Source: Candidatus Dormiibacterota bacterium
GTDB lineage: Bacteria > Chloroflexota > Dormibacteria > Aeolococcales > Aeolococcaceae
NCBI GenBank assembly: GCA_963751755.1
Contig: CAVVVH010000008.1
Location: forward strand, 2,430-66,429
Length of the DNA: 64,000 nt
Reading direction: 5' to 3'
This document shows, in pieces, positions 46,404 through 57,232 of the stretch (the first letter of the stretch is position 1; every line of letters starts with the position of its first letter). The position numbers and the translations under genes were made by a program. The notes under the pieces were generated by a model, which worked only from the letters and a program-made list of their open reading frames with translations, had not been told where the DNA came from and ran no database searches.

Positions 46404-47324
46404 GCCGTCTCCTGACCGGGCGGAGCGCGGGGTTGCCGATCTCGTCGAACGCGTAGTTGAGCAGCGCGAAGGCGGTTCCCAGCAGGGCGACGGCGATGCC
46501 CGGAGCGAGCGCCCACAACGGGTTGCCGGCGGCCAGGGCCTCGTTCTGCTGCGCGTCGTGCAGCATGGTTCCCCAGGTGATCTGGTCGGTGGTGCCGAGG
46601 CCGAGGTACTGGAGTCCCGCGGCCGTGGCGACGACGTACACGGAGATGCTGAGGAAGCTCGCGACGATCAGCGAGATCATCGTGGGCAGGATCTCGACGA
46701 CGATGATGTAGAGGCGGCGCTCCCCGCGCACACGCGCGGCTTCGAGGAAGTCACGGGAGCGCAGGGAGAGCGCCTGCGCGCGGACCTGGCGCGCGCCGAA
46801 GGCCCAGCTCGTGACCACGAGCGCGCCGATGATTGCGATGGTGCCCGCACCGGTCAGGTAGGCCGCGAGGATGATCAGCAGCGGCAGGGTCGGGATGATC
46901 AGGAACACGTCCGTCAGCAGTGAGAGCGCGCGGTCCGCCCAGCCGCCGACGTAGCCCGCGGTGACCCCGATGAGGATCGAGACCGCGGTGGAGAACAGCC
47001 CGACGACGACGGTGATGATCAGCGTGAGCCGCGTGCCCCAGATCAGCTGGGCGAAGACGTCCTGGCCCACCTGCGTGGTGCCGAGGAGGTGTGCGGCTGA
47101 CGGCGCCGGCCTGCTGGTCGTAGATGGCCGCCGAGGGATCGTCATGGGCGATCAGGCCGGGGAAGGCCGCCACCAGGGCGATGACGAGCAGCAGCACCAC
47201 GCCTGCCGTCGCCTTGCGGTTGTGCAGCACCGCGCGCACCAGTCGCCCGGCGACGTCATTGCGCGGGTCGTTGGCTGACCACGTCAGCGGTCCCGGCCTC
47301 CGGTGCGATCGCAGGGGTCGCCAT
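46387..47324 (-). CDS. ABC transporter permease (DppC/OppC-like), one frameshift near 47270
   Basis: ATG at 47324 just after the DppB-like stop. BPD-transport fold in ORF 46387..47145. Confidence 0.65.
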
Positions 47325-47333
47325 CGCGGTGCC

Positions 47334-48308
47334 TCACGCCTCCCGCGTTCGCGGGTCGAGCACGGCGGTGGCCAGGTCGGCCACCAGGACACACACCAGG
47401 ACGGCGACCGTGTAGAAGAGGAACAGGGCCTCCTGCAGCCCCAGGTCGTGCAGCTCCGTGCCGGTCACGAACAGGTAGCCGACGCCGGGGTACGAGAACG
47501 TGTACTCGACGAGGATGGCGCCGCCCAGCACGTAGCCCATCTGCATGGCGAACCCGGTGAGGTTGGGAAGGATGGCGTTGCGCGCCGAGTAGTCCAGCAT
47601 GATCCGCCACGGCCGGAGCCCCTTGGCGCGGGCCATGCGCACGTAGTCCTCGGCCAGCGTGGTGACCATGTTGTTGCGCATCGTGTAGATCCACGTGCCC
47701 GCCAGCGAGAGCACCAGCGTGGCCCCGGGAAGGATGGCGTGGCGGATGACGTCCCAGATGAAGGACAGCGACAGCTCAGGGGTGGCGTCGATGCTGTAGT
47801 TCGACTGGATCGGGAACCAGTTGAGCGTCACCGCCAGCAGGTACAGGAGCAGCAGCGCGATGAAGAACACCGGGAAGGCGGTGATGATGAACAGCAACGG
47901 CGGGAAGACGCTGTCGAGGCGGCCGCCGCGCCGCCAGGCGCTCACCACCCCCAGCGACGTTCCGAGCACGAAGGAGATGACGGTGCTGACCCCCACCAGC
48001 CCGATCGTCCACGGCAGGCTCTGCAGGATCACCGTGGTGACCGGGGTGCGCGTGGCCGCTGTGAGACCGAACTGACCGGTGAAGCAGTTGCCCAGGTACT
48101 GGAAGTAGCTGAGCAGGACGTTCTGGTGATCGTTGACACCGAACTCGACCTGCAGCGCGTGGAGGATCGCCGGGTTCACGTTCCTGAACTGCGCGTAGAC
48201 CGCGGTCGCCTCGTTCCCCGGCATCAGCCGGGGGAGCAGGAAGTTGATGGTCAGCGCCGCCCACAGCGTCACCAGGAAGAGGCCCAGCCGCTTGGCGATG
48301 AATCTCAC
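47334..48308 (-). CDS. ABC transporter permease (DppB/OppB-like)
   Basis: Intact 324 aa, MRFIAKRLGLFLVTLWAALTINFLLPRLMPGN. Confidence 0.8.
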   Translation of the reverse strand: MRFIAKRLGLFLVTLWAALTINFLLPRLMPGNEATAVYAQFRNVNPAILHALQVEFGVNDHQNVLLSYFQYLGNCFTGQFGLTAATRTPVTTVILQSLPWTIGLVGVSTVISFVLGTSLGVVSAWRRGGRLDSVFPPLLFIITAFPVFFIALLLLYLLAVTLNWFPIQSNYSIDATPELSLSFIWDVIRHAILPGATLVLSLAGTWIYTMRNNMVTTLAEDYVRMARAKGLRPWRIMLDYSARNAILPNLTGFAMQMGYVLGGAILVEYTFSYPGVGYLFVTGTELHDLGLQEALFLFYTVAVLVCVLVADLATAVLDPRTREA

Positions 48309-48348
48309 GGCTGGACCCTATGTCCTGGCGTGCCCGGTGCGCCCGCGA

Positions 48349-50043
48349 CTACCCGAGAGGGTAGAGATGGGTCAGCACCACCCCGTTGTCTGGCAGAGCC
48401 CACACCGGTGGCTGCGCGTACGGGTCGGACGGCGTCGGCCAGCCGCCGATGTTCGAGGTGTCGTACTGGTACCAGTCGACGCCCTCGGTGACGGGCACGA
48501 AGGGGATCTGGCTGGCCATGACCGACGAGATCTGGTGGATGATCTGCACCTGCTGTGACGGGCTCGCCGAGGCGTACTGGTTGAAGAGGGCGTCCGTGCT
48601 CGGCGAGTTGTACCGCGAGTAGTTGGTGGAGCCGATGTTGCCGCTGAAGAGCATCTGGCGCAACTCGTAGTACGGGGCTGGACCGCCGGTCTCCTCACCG
48701 TAGGCGAGCGTGAACTTGCCGGCCTGGAGGTTGGGGACGTACACGCTGCCGTTGTCCTCGTCGACGACCTTCACGTCGATGCCTGCCGCCTGCAGCTCCT
48801 GCTGGATCACCTGCAGGGACGAGTCCCAGTCGGTGTAGCCGCTGATGGTCTGGATGGTGAAGGAGAGCCGCTGCCCGCTCGAGCTCTGGAAGATCCCGTC
48901 GGATCCCTTGGTGTACCCCGCGGCCTGGAGGGTCTGCGCGGCCTTGGCTGGGCTGAAGGACGTGTTGTCGATCGACTTGTCGTACCAGGCCTGGTAGGTG
49001 GGCAGGATGATGCCGGTCTGGTTGGCCGCGTTCTGGTAGCCGTCCTCGCCGCGCTGAGCCACGTTGTGCCGGTCGATGGCCAGCGCGATGGCCTGGCGCA
49101 CCGGCAGCTGGCTGAGCACAGGGTCGGCGGTGTTCAGGAAGAGGCCGACGTTGGCCACCGGCGGGAACCAGTAGTGGCGGTGAGCGCTGTCCGCGGCGAC
49201 GTAGTACTGCTGGATGTTGGGGATGTACTGCGCGCCCCACTGGGCTCCGCCCTGGTGCAGCAGCAGGTTGGCGGGCGTGTTGCTCAGGAACGCCGGGTAG
49301 TCGACCTCCTGGATCTGCGGCACCGGGTGGCCCGGCTGGCTCTGCCAGTACTTGCCGTTGCGCGTGTACTTGATGTTGTTCGCCGAGCAGCTCGACACCA
49401 CGTAGGGGCCGGTGCCCACCGGCTGGCTGTCCGCGTTGGCGTCGAGGTTGGCCTGGTCCAGCGTCTGCCAGATGTGCTGAGGGATGATCGGGGTCTGGTC
49501 CGCGACATAGAAGAAGTACGTCTGCGCCGGCCCGGAGAAGGTGACCACCACCTGGTTGGTGCCCTGGGCCGCCACGTTGGTCACCGGCCCACCGTCCGAC
49601 TGCCAGAGGGCGTTGACGTCGAGCTTGGAGTCGACCTTCATCGCGTTGAACGTGTAGACCACGTCCTGGGCGCTGAACGGCGTGCCGTCAGTCCACTGCA
49701 CGCCGTTGCGGATGGTGAACGTCAGCGTCGTGTACGCGCTGTCCCACGTGTATGCCGTGGCCAGCCAGGGGGTCACCTTGTTGCTGCCGTCCGGGTTGGT
49801 GGCCAGCGCGTCGACGAAGTACAGCGGCTCGTACGTGAACCCGATCGACGTGCCGCTCACACCCGAGTTGAACGGGTTGAACTGGCAGCTCCACGTGCCA
49901 CCACTCTCGTTGTCGATGACCAGCTTGCCGCCGATCTTCCCGCTGTTCTGCTGCACGGCGCTTGCCCCGCCGCTCGGGGACCCGCATGCGGTGGCCAGCA
50001 ACCCTGCGGCGATCATGAATGAGAACGCCCTCGACCGTTTCAT
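48349..50043 (-). CDS. ABC transporter substrate-binding lipoprotein, SBP family 5 (DppA/OppA-like)
   Basis: Start taken at the internal ATG giving lipoprotein signal MKRSRAFSFMIAAGLLATACGS. Intact. Confidence 0.75.
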   Translation of the reverse strand: MKRSRAFSFMIAAGLLATACGSPSGGASAVQQNSGKIGGKLVIDNESGGTWSCQFNPFNSGVSGTSIGFTYEPLYFVDALATNPDGSNKVTPWLATAYTWDSAYTTLTFTIRNGVQWTDGTPFSAQDVVYTFNAMKVDSKLDVNALWQSDGGPVTNVAAQGTNQVVVTFSGPAQTYFFYVADQTPIIPQHIWQTLDQANLDANADSQPVGTGPYVVSSCSANNIKYTRNGKYWQSQPGHPVPQIQEVDYPAFLSNTPANLLLHQGGAQWGAQYIPNIQQYYVAADSAHRHYWFPPVANVGLFLNTADPVLSQLPVRQAIALAIDRHNVAQRGEDGYQNAANQTGIILPTYQAWYDKSIDNTSFSPAKAAQTLQAAGYTKGSDGIFQSSSGQRLSFTIQTISGYTDWDSSLQVIQQELQAAGIDVKVVDEDNGSVYVPNLQAGKFTLAYGEETGGPAPYYELRQMLFSGNIGSTNYSRYNSPSTDALFNQYASASPSQQVQIIHQISSVMASQIPFVPVTEGVDWYQYDTSNIGGWPTPSDPYAQPPVWALPDNGVVLTHLYPLG

Positions 50044-50214
50044 CACAGGTCTCCCCTTGCTAACCCCGGTGCCCGGGCGCTGCCCGCGCACCTCGTCATC
50101 GGCGTCGCCGGTCACCCTCGGGTGAGGACGGTATAATGCTCAGGAAAGTTACCTGAAAGAATCCGCATAGGTCAAGCGCCGGGCTCACCGGCCGCAGGGC
50201 GCGAGGAGGTAGAG

Positions 50215-51405
50215 GTGGCCGAGGGCGCACAACCCAGCCTGCTGCGGGCGATCAACCTGCGCGCGACGTTCGACGTCGTCCGGGCGCGCGGGCCGGTCGG
50301 GGCGCCCCACGTCGTCCGTGAGGCGCGGCTGTCGCGGCCCACCGTCGGCGAGGTCATCAACCAGCTCCTCGACCTCGGGCTGATCCAGAAGGTCGGCCTC
50401 AGCCGCGGCCAGCGCGGGCCGAGCGCGCAGATGTACGGCGTCAACCCGCGCGCCGGCTGGGTGCTGAGCGTGGACGTCGGACGCGAGTGGCTGCGCGCGG
50501 CACTCAGCGACCTCGCGGGCGCGGTGGTTGCCCAGAGCGCCGAGCGCACGCGCACCTCTGCGAAGGCGGTGATCGCGCAGATCAGAGGCGCCGCGGACGA
50601 TCTCGCCGCCGACGCCGGCATCACTCGGACGCAGCTCACCCAGGTGGTGGTCGGCACCCCTGGCGTCATCCTGCCGGGCGACGACCACCTCTCGCTCGCA
50701 CCGCAGCTGCCGGGCTGGGAACGGCCGCGAGTGCTCACTGCGATTCGCGATCAGCTGGAGGCGCCGGTGGTCTTCGAGAACGACGTCAAGCTGTCCGCAG
50801 TCGGAGAGCACGTCGACGGCATCGCCAAGGGCACCGACGACTTCGTGCTCATCTCGCTCGGCACCGGCATCGGCATGGCGGCCTTCGTGGAGGGAGCGCT
50901 GCGCCGCGGCGCCTCCGGGCTCGCCGGGGAGATCGGCTACCTGCCACTGAAGGTGGAGGGTGGCCGGCCGCACGCGCAGGGGGCGGTGTGGGGCGCAGGG
51001 GCGTTCGAGCGCCTGGTCAGCTCGTCGGGGATCGCGGCCCTGGCCCAGCGCAACGGTCTTCCCGTCGACGCCGGCGCGGCCGGGATCTTCAGCGCGGCGC
51101 GCACCGGTGACGCGCGCGCCCGCCGCGTGGTCGAACGCGTGGCCACCCGGCTCGCGTACGCGGTCGCCAGCGTGGTCGCGGTTCTCGACCCGGAGCTTGT
51201 CGTGCTCGGCGGCGGCGTCGGTGCGGGCGGCGGGGACATGCTGCTGCCGCATCTGCGGTCGGCGATGGCGTCGGTGTCGCCGTTCTCGCCGAGACTGGAG
51301 GTGTCCACGTTGGGCGCTGACGCGGTCATCAGAGGCGCACAGGCGACCGGTCTGCGCATGGCGCTCGACCGGATCTTCGGGGCTGAGGCGTCAGTGGAGG
51401 TCTGA
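50215..51405 (+). CDS. ROK family transcriptional regulator (NagC/XylR-like)
   Basis: N-terminal HTH (LLRAINLRATFDVVRARGPVGAPHVVREARLSRPTVGEVINQLLDLGLIQK) followed by a ROK kinase-like domain. Intact 396 aa. Divergent from the ABC operon. Confidence 0.7.
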   Translation: MAEGAQPSLLRAINLRATFDVVRARGPVGAPHVVREARLSRPTVGEVINQLLDLGLIQKVGLSRGQRGPSAQMYGVNPRAGWVLSVDVGREWLRAALSDLAGAVVAQSAERTRTSAKAVIAQIRGAADDLAADAGITRTQLTQVVVGTPGVILPGDDHLSLAPQLPGWERPRVLTAIRDQLEAPVVFENDVKLSAVGEHVDGIAKGTDDFVLISLGTGIGMAAFVEGALRRGASGLAGEIGYLPLKVEGGRPHAQGAVWGAGAFERLVSSSGIAALAQRNGLPVDAGAAGIFSAARTGDARARRVVERVATRLAYAVASVVAVLDPELVVLGGGVGAGGGDMLLPHLRSAMASVSPFSPRLEVSTLGADAVIRGAQATGLRMALDRIFGAEASVEV

Positions 51406-51630
51406 TCGCCCTGCTCGGGACGCGCTCGCCGGCCGTTCGCGTGGCACGACGGCGAGGTGGTCGTCTCGATCGGACTTTCCGTCAGGGACCGGAGGTGACG
51501 GAGACGGTCCAGGGCTGGCGTGGGCGCCGTGGCGGCGACGTTGGCGAGGAGGGCGATGCAGCCATACACTGGGCCATGACCGAGAACAGCGACACCGAGA
51601 CCCGCCGGCTTCCGGCGCTCCGCAGTCGAC

Positions 51631-52169
51631 GTGGATCCCCCCGCTGACGACACCTTCTTGATGGGAGTGAGCGGCGAGGAGCAGGTGCTCGCCGAGGTCG
51701 CGCGGGCGGAGCCCAGTTGGAGTCCGGTGAGCCTCCCGATGGCGATGACGCAGGGGCCGTCGTCTGAGTACAGGTCTGCCGCGAGGCGGACCCCGGCACC
51801 GTCCGTGACGGCCCAACACCCGGCCGCCCACCTGCTGGCCTTCGCGCTGACGCTGCCTGAGGCGTGGGAGGACCTCCCCTGGGAGGAGGACCTGGTGGCC
51901 AAGGTCGGCAAGAAGGTGTTCGTGTTCTTCGGCAGCGCGACGCGCCCACTCGCCGTCCGGCGTCAAGCTGCCCCGGAGCGCGCCGTTCGCGCTCTCCCTG
52001 CCCATGCGCCGAGCCGTCCGGGTACGGCCTCGGCCGTCACGGGTGGGTCACCGTCCACCTCGACGGTGACGACGCGCCCGACGACGAACTCGTTCACGAC
52101 TGGATCGTCGAGAGCTACTCCGCGATCGCGCCGAAGAAGCTGGTCGCCTTGCTGCCTGCTCGACGCTGA
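51631..52169 (+). CDS. MmcQ/YjbR family protein, frameshifted
   Basis: AHLLAFALTLPEAWEDLPWEEDLVAKVGKKVFVFFG in one frame and GWVTVHLDGDDAPDDELVHDWIVESYSAIAPKKLVALL in another. Confidence 0.4.
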
Positions 52170-52170
52170 C

Positions 52171-53738
52171 CTACAGAAGCGCCCCGCTCTCGTCGATGGT
52201 CTCGAGCAGTTCCTTCACCCTCTTGACGAACCGGGTCGCCTGGAGGCCGTCGTTGATGCGGTGGTCGAAGCTCAGCCCGATGTTCATCATCGGGCTGATC
52301 GCGATGGCGTCGTTGACGACGACAGCGCGCTTGACCACCGCGTCCATGGCGAGGATGCCGGCCTGCGGCTGGTTGATGATCGCCTGCGTCAGCACCGTGC
52401 CGAGCGCGCCGGTGTTGTTCAGCGTGAAGGTTCCACCCTGGATCTCGTCGAGCTTGAGCTTGTTGCTGCGGGCGCGATCGCCGAGGTCCTGCATGATCGC
52501 CGCCAGCCCCGCGATGCTGAGCCGGTCGGCGTTGCGGATCACCGGCACGATGAGGCTTCCTCCAGCGCCACCGCGATGCCGAGGTTGAGGTCGCGACGAA
52601 CGATGATGCCCTCGTCACTCCACGAGGCGTTCAGCGTGGGGTGCTGACGGAGCGCGTCGCAGACAGCGCGCGCCACGAAGGGCAGGTAGGTCAGCTTGAC
52701 GCCGTAGCGCTGCTCGAACTCGGCACGACGAGCCGTGCGCAGCTTGGCCACGCGTGACATGTCGACCTCCATGGTCAGCCACGCGTGCGGTGCCGTGTGG
52801 CGGCTGCGCACCATGTGCTCGGCGATGGCCCGGCGCGTCGGGGTCAACGGGATGAGCTCGTCGCCATCGGCACGCTGCGGTTGCGGCTGGGCGGCGGGTT
52901 GCTGTCGGGCAGCGACCTGCGGCTCTGGCTGCTGCGGCGCAGGTGCGGCGGGTGCCTGCGGCGCGGGTGCGGCCGCCTGCGGCGCGGGTGCGGCCGCCTG
53001 CGGCGCGGGCGCGGACGCCTGCTGCGTAGGTGCGGGCTGCTGCTGCGGTTGTGCCGGCGCGCTGGGGCGCTGGCCACCACCGGCGTCACGACGCTGCACG
53101 TAGTCGAGAACGTCCTTCTTGGAGATCCGTCCCTCGAGCCCGGTTCCCTGCACCTGCCCGAGGTCCACCTCGTGCTCGCGCACCAGCATCCGCACCGCCG
53201 GGGTGAGGTGGTACTGCACCGCGCCCGCGCTGTTGCCGTTGCCATTCGTCGACTGCGCGGGCGCGGGCTGCGCGCTCGCGGACTGAGCCTGCGCCGCCGG
53301 CGCCTGCTGCGCACCCGCCGCCACCGCCTGCTGTTCCTGCGGCTGGCGCTCCTCCTGCTGCACCACCTCGGGCTGGCCCGGCTGCTCGGCGGCCGGCTGC
53401 TCCGGCGTCTGCTGCGACTGTTCGGCGACGCTCACCGTGTCGCTCTGCACTGGCGCCGCGTCGTCACCCTGGTGCCACGCCGAGTTGGCCTGGCCCTGCT
53501 CCACCGTCTCGATGGTGCAGATGGGCTGTCCGACCGCGATCACGTCGCCCTCCTTGGCGATGTGCTCGCCCATGCTGCCTTCGGCCGGGGATGGGATCTC
53601 GGCGTTCACCTTGTCGGTGACCACCTCGGCGATCGACTCGTACTTGGCGACCAGCTCGCCCGGCTGCTTGAGCCAGCGGGCGATGGTGCCCTCGGTGACG
53701 CTCTCACCGAGCTGCGGCATGTTGACTGTCATGGCCAT
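52171..53738 (-). CDS. 2-oxoacid dehydrogenase E2 component (dihydrolipoamide acyltransferase), frameshift near 52545
   Basis: Lipoyl domain MPQLGESVTEGTIARWLK...VVTDKVNAEIPSP. Ala/Pro/Gln linker. E3-binding domain. Catalytic C-terminus DHRINDGLQATRFVKRVKELLE (in ORF 52171..52548). Confidence 0.7.
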
Positions 53739-53750
53739 GGTGTGATGTCC

Positions 53751-54734
53751 TCAGTATGCGGCCAGCTTGCGCAACGCAGCCTCTAGCTTGTCAGGTGTGA
53801 CCAGGTAGAACTCCTCGAGCGCGTGGGCGAACGGCATCGCCGGGATCTCCGGGCCGCCGATGCGCATCACCGGCGCGTCGAGGTATTCGAAGCAGTCCTC
53901 GGCGACGATCGCCGCCACCTCGGACGAGATGCTGACCGCGAGGTTCGGCTCCTGCGCCACCATCACCTTGCCGCATTTGCGCGCGCTGGTGATGATCGCC
54001 TCGCGGTCGAGCGGGCGGAGGGTGCGCAGGTCGACCACCTCGCACTCGAACCCGTCGGCAGCGAGCCGATCGGCCGCCTCGAGCGCGTGTGCACCATGAT
54101 CCCGTACGTGAAGATGGCGATGTCGCGACCCTCGCGCACCACCGCGGCCTTGCCGATCGGAACCGTGTACTCCTCCTCCGGCACCTCGCCCTTGACCGAC
54201 CGGTAGGCGCGCTTGTGCTCGAAGAAGAGCACCGGGTCGGGGTCGCGCATCGCGCTGATCAGCAGGCCCTTGGCGTCGTACGGCGTGCTCGGCACCACCA
54301 CCTTGAGACCGGGTACACCGCAGAACATCGCCTCGATGCGACTGCGAGTGGTACAGCGCGCCGTGCACGCCCCCGCCGAAGGGCGCGCGAAGCACCATCG
54401 GCACGCTCCATGCGTTGTTGCTGCGGTAGCGCATCTTGGCGGCCTCGCTGACGATCTGGTCGACCGCGGGCATGATGAAGTCCTGGAACTGGATCTCCGC
54501 GATGGGGCGCAGCCCGTACAGCGCGGCGCCGATGCACACGCCGACGATGCACGACTCCGCCAGCGGCGAGTCCATGACGCGCCACTCGCCGAACTCGGCC
54601 TGCAGGCCCTCCGTGGTGCCGAAGACGCCGCCCTTGGCGCCGACGTCCTCGCCGAGGATCATCACCCGCTCGTCGCGGCGCATCTCCTCGCGCATGCCAT
54701 CGCGGATCGCCTCGAGGTAGGTCTTGCTGGCCAT
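53751..54734 (-). CDS. 2-oxoacid dehydrogenase E1 component beta subunit, two internal frameshifts
   Basis: [32 protein letters not shown]...; middle [33 protein letters not shown] is in another frame. Confidence 0.65.
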   Translation of the reverse strand: MASKTYLEAIRDGMREEMRRDERVMILGEDVGAKGGVFGTTEGLQAEFGEWRVMDSPLAESCIVGVCIGAALYGLRPIAEIQFQDFIMPAVDQIVSEAAKMRYRSNNAWSVPMVLRAPFGGGVHGALYHSQSHRGDVLRCTRSQGGGAEHAVRRQGPADQRDARPRPGALLRAQARLPVGQGRGAGGGVHGSDRQGRGGARGSRHRHLHVRDHGAHALEAADRLAADGFECEVVDLRTLRPLDREAIITSARKCGKVMVAQEPNLAVSISSEVAAIVAEDCFEYLDAPVMRIGGPEIPAMPFAHALEEFYLVTPDKLEAALRKLAAY

Positions 54735-55742
54735 CACCCGTCCTCCGCGTAGACGTGGAGGAGGGCTGTGTCGGCGCTCTGGACCAGCGGCCTGTTCTGC
54801 GTACCGCGTGGCCTCGTCGAGCTCCGCCACCAGCTCGGTGCGCATGGCCTCGGCGTCGCCCGCCGCGAGCACGCCGAGGTCCTCGAGCATGGCCCGGAAA
54901 TGAGGCAGGCAGTCCTGGCGCCGCTCGGCCTCGAGGTCCTCGGCGCTGCGGTAGCGACGCTGGTCGTCGTCGGAGCTGTGCGACGTCAGCCGGTGCACCT
55001 TGGCCTCGAGCAGAGTGGGGCCCTCGCCGGCGCGGGCTCGCTGCATGGCGTCGCGGGCCACCCGGTAGCAGGCGATGGCGTCGTTGCCGTCGACGCTGAT
55101 GCCGGGGATGCCGTACGCCAGCGCGCGGTCCGACACGTCGGGCGTGGCCATCTGCTTCTCGACGGGGACGCTGATGGCGTAGCCGTTGTTCTCCACGACG
55201 AACACCACGGCCAGCTTGTGCGTGGCGGCGAAGTTGAGCGCCTCGTGGAAGTCGCCGCCGCTGGTGCTGCCCTCGCCGATCGCGGTGACGCAGACGGAGT
55301 CCTCGCCACGCATGCGCATCGCCAGGGCGATGCCCGTGGCGTGAAGCAGCTGGGTGGTCACCGGGGAGCCTGTGCTGATGATGTTGTGAGCGCGCGACCC
55401 GTAGTGCGCGGGCATCTGCCTGCCGCCGCTGTTGGGGTCCTCGGCCTTGGCGAGCACCGAGAGCAGGTGGTCACGCGGGGTCATCCCCAGCACCAGGGTC
55501 AGGGCGAGGTCGCGGTAGTACGGGGCCAGCCAGTCCTTGCCGGGCTCCATGTTCATTCCGACGGCGACCTGGATCGCCTCGTGGCCCATGGCGCTGATCC
55601 AGAAGGGCGCCACACCCTGGCGGTTGAGCACCCACATGCGCTCGTCGAGCACGCGGGACCGCAGCATGTGCCGGTACATGCTCCGCAACGTCGGCGCGTC
55701 GAGGTTCTCCCTGTTGACGGGGTCTGTCTTCGCCACTGCCAC
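54734..55742 (-). CDS. 2-oxoacid dehydrogenase E1 component alpha subunit (TPP-binding), C-terminal frameshift
   Basis: YRHMLRSRVLDERM...; GEGSTSGGDFHEALNFAATHKLAVVFVVENNGYAIS. Stop overlaps the E1beta ATG. Confidence 0.65.
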
Positions 55743-55759
55743 GTCTGTCTGCTCCTCTC

Positions 55760-57163
55760 TTAGATGTGCAGGGCATCGCCCGACACCGCCATGGCGGCCT
55801 CGGCGAGCGACTCACTGAGGGTTGGATGCGGAGCCACCGCTCGCGACATCTCGAAGGGGGTCGACTCGAGCAGCGCACCGAGCGCCGGGCCGTAGATGAG
55901 CTCGGTCACCTCGTGGCCGATGATGTGCACGCCGAGCACGCTGTTCGTTGAGCTGTCGGCCACCACCTTGGTGAACCCACCCGTCTCGCCCCACACCACC
56001 GCCCGCGCGTTGCCGCGGAAGGGGAACACGCCGACAGCGACGTCGTGGCCGGCGGCGCGCGCCTCCGCCTCGCTGAGGCCGAGCGACGCGACCTGTGGCG
56101 CGCAGTACGTGGTGCGGGTCACCAGGCGCGGGTCGAGCGGGTGCGGATGCCGTCCGGCGATCGCCTCGATCGCGATCACGCCCTCGTGCATGGCTTTGTG
56201 GGCGAGCTGGTAGCCGCCCGCGCAGTCGCCGATGGCGCTGACCCCGGCCACACTGGTGCGCTGTTCCCCGTCGACGCTGACGGCGCCGCGCTCGACGGTC
56301 ACGCCGGCCTCCTCGAGGCCGATGCCCTCGACGTTGCCGGCGCGCCCCACCGCCACGAGGAGGACCGTTGCCTGGAGACGCTGCTCACCGTCGTCGCCGC
56401 GCACCGTCACAGCCACGCCGCCCTCGTTGCGCTCCACGCTCGAGGGGTCGAGCGTGGTGCCCACCAGGCAGCGGATCCCGCGCGCCTCGAACTGCTTGCG
56501 CAGCTCGCGGCCGACGGCCTCGTCCTCGAGCGGGACGAGGTGCGGCGCCATCTCGACGAGAGTCACCTCGCTGCCGGCGCTGCGCCAGAAGGACGCGAAC
56601 TCCACCCCCACCGCGCCCGCACCGAGGACGATCGCACTCGGCGGCACGGTCTCGAGAAAGAGCGCGTCGTCGCTGGTGAGCAGCTGACGGCCGTCGGTCG
56701 GCATGTCTGGCAGCTGGCGCGCCCGGGAGCCGGTGGCCACGATGACGTGCGCGCCCTCCAGCTCCATCTGGTCCGCGCCGGCGTCGGACGCCACGGCGAC
56801 CTGCCCGGGCCCCGCGATCCGTCCCCGGCCACGCACGACCGTTGCCTTGTTCTTACGGAGCAGGCCCTCGACGCCCTTGTGCAGCGTGCTCACCACCTCG
56901 TCGCGCCGGCGCGACGCCACCCCGTAGTCGAAGCTCACCTCACCGGTGTTGACGCCGAGCCTGTGCCCGTCGCGCACCTGGTCGAGAAGCGCGGCGCTCT
57001 GCAGCAGTGCCTTGGTGGGGATGCAGCCCCGGTGCAGGCATGTGCCCCCCACCTTGTCGGCCTCGACGACAGCGGTGCGGAGGCCCAGCTGGCCCGCCCG
57101 GATGGCCGCCACATACCCGCCCGAGCCGCCGCCCAGGATGACCACGTCGAAGCGCTCTGGCAC
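55760..57163 (-). CDS. lpd: dihydrolipoyl dehydrogenase (E3)
   Basis: Intact 467 aa. FAD-binding GGGSGGY; redox-active disulfide GGTCLHRGCIPTK; NAD-binding and dimerisation domains. Confidence 0.85.
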   Translation of the reverse strand: MPERFDVVILGGGSGGYVAAIRAGQLGLRTAVVEADKVGGTCLHRGCIPTKALLQSAALLDQVRDGHRLGVNTGEVSFDYGVASRRRDEVVSTLHKGVEGLLRKNKATVVRGRGRIAGPGQVAVASDAGADQMELEGAHVIVATGSRARQLPDMPTDGRQLLTSDDALFLETVPPSAIVLGAGAVGVEFASFWRSAGSEVTLVEMAPHLVPLEDEAVGRELRKQFEARGIRCLVGTTLDPSSVERNEGGVAVTVRGDDGEQRLQATVLLVAVGRAGNVEGIGLEEAGVTVERGAVSVDGEQRTSVAGVSAIGDCAGGYQLAHKAMHEGVIAIEAIAGRHPHPLDPRLVTRTTYCAPQVASLGLSEAEARAAGHDVAVGVFPFRGNARAVVWGETGGFTKVVADSSTNSVLGVHIIGHEVTELIYGPALGALLESTPFEMSRAVAPHPTLSESLAEAAMAVSGDALHI

Positions 57164-57232
57164 GCGCCCGAGTATAGGTCTGGACTGCCGTGCCGGACCG
57201 CGAGACGAGCTTCCACGCCGCCTGGTCAGCCG

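Noticed and set aside
53751-55742. 663-aa single ORF looking like a fused E1alpha-E1beta protein
   Set aside because: Two genes. The true E1alpha stop (TGA) overlapping the E1beta ATG is found in a neighbouring frame; the apparent fusion is a frameshift artefact.
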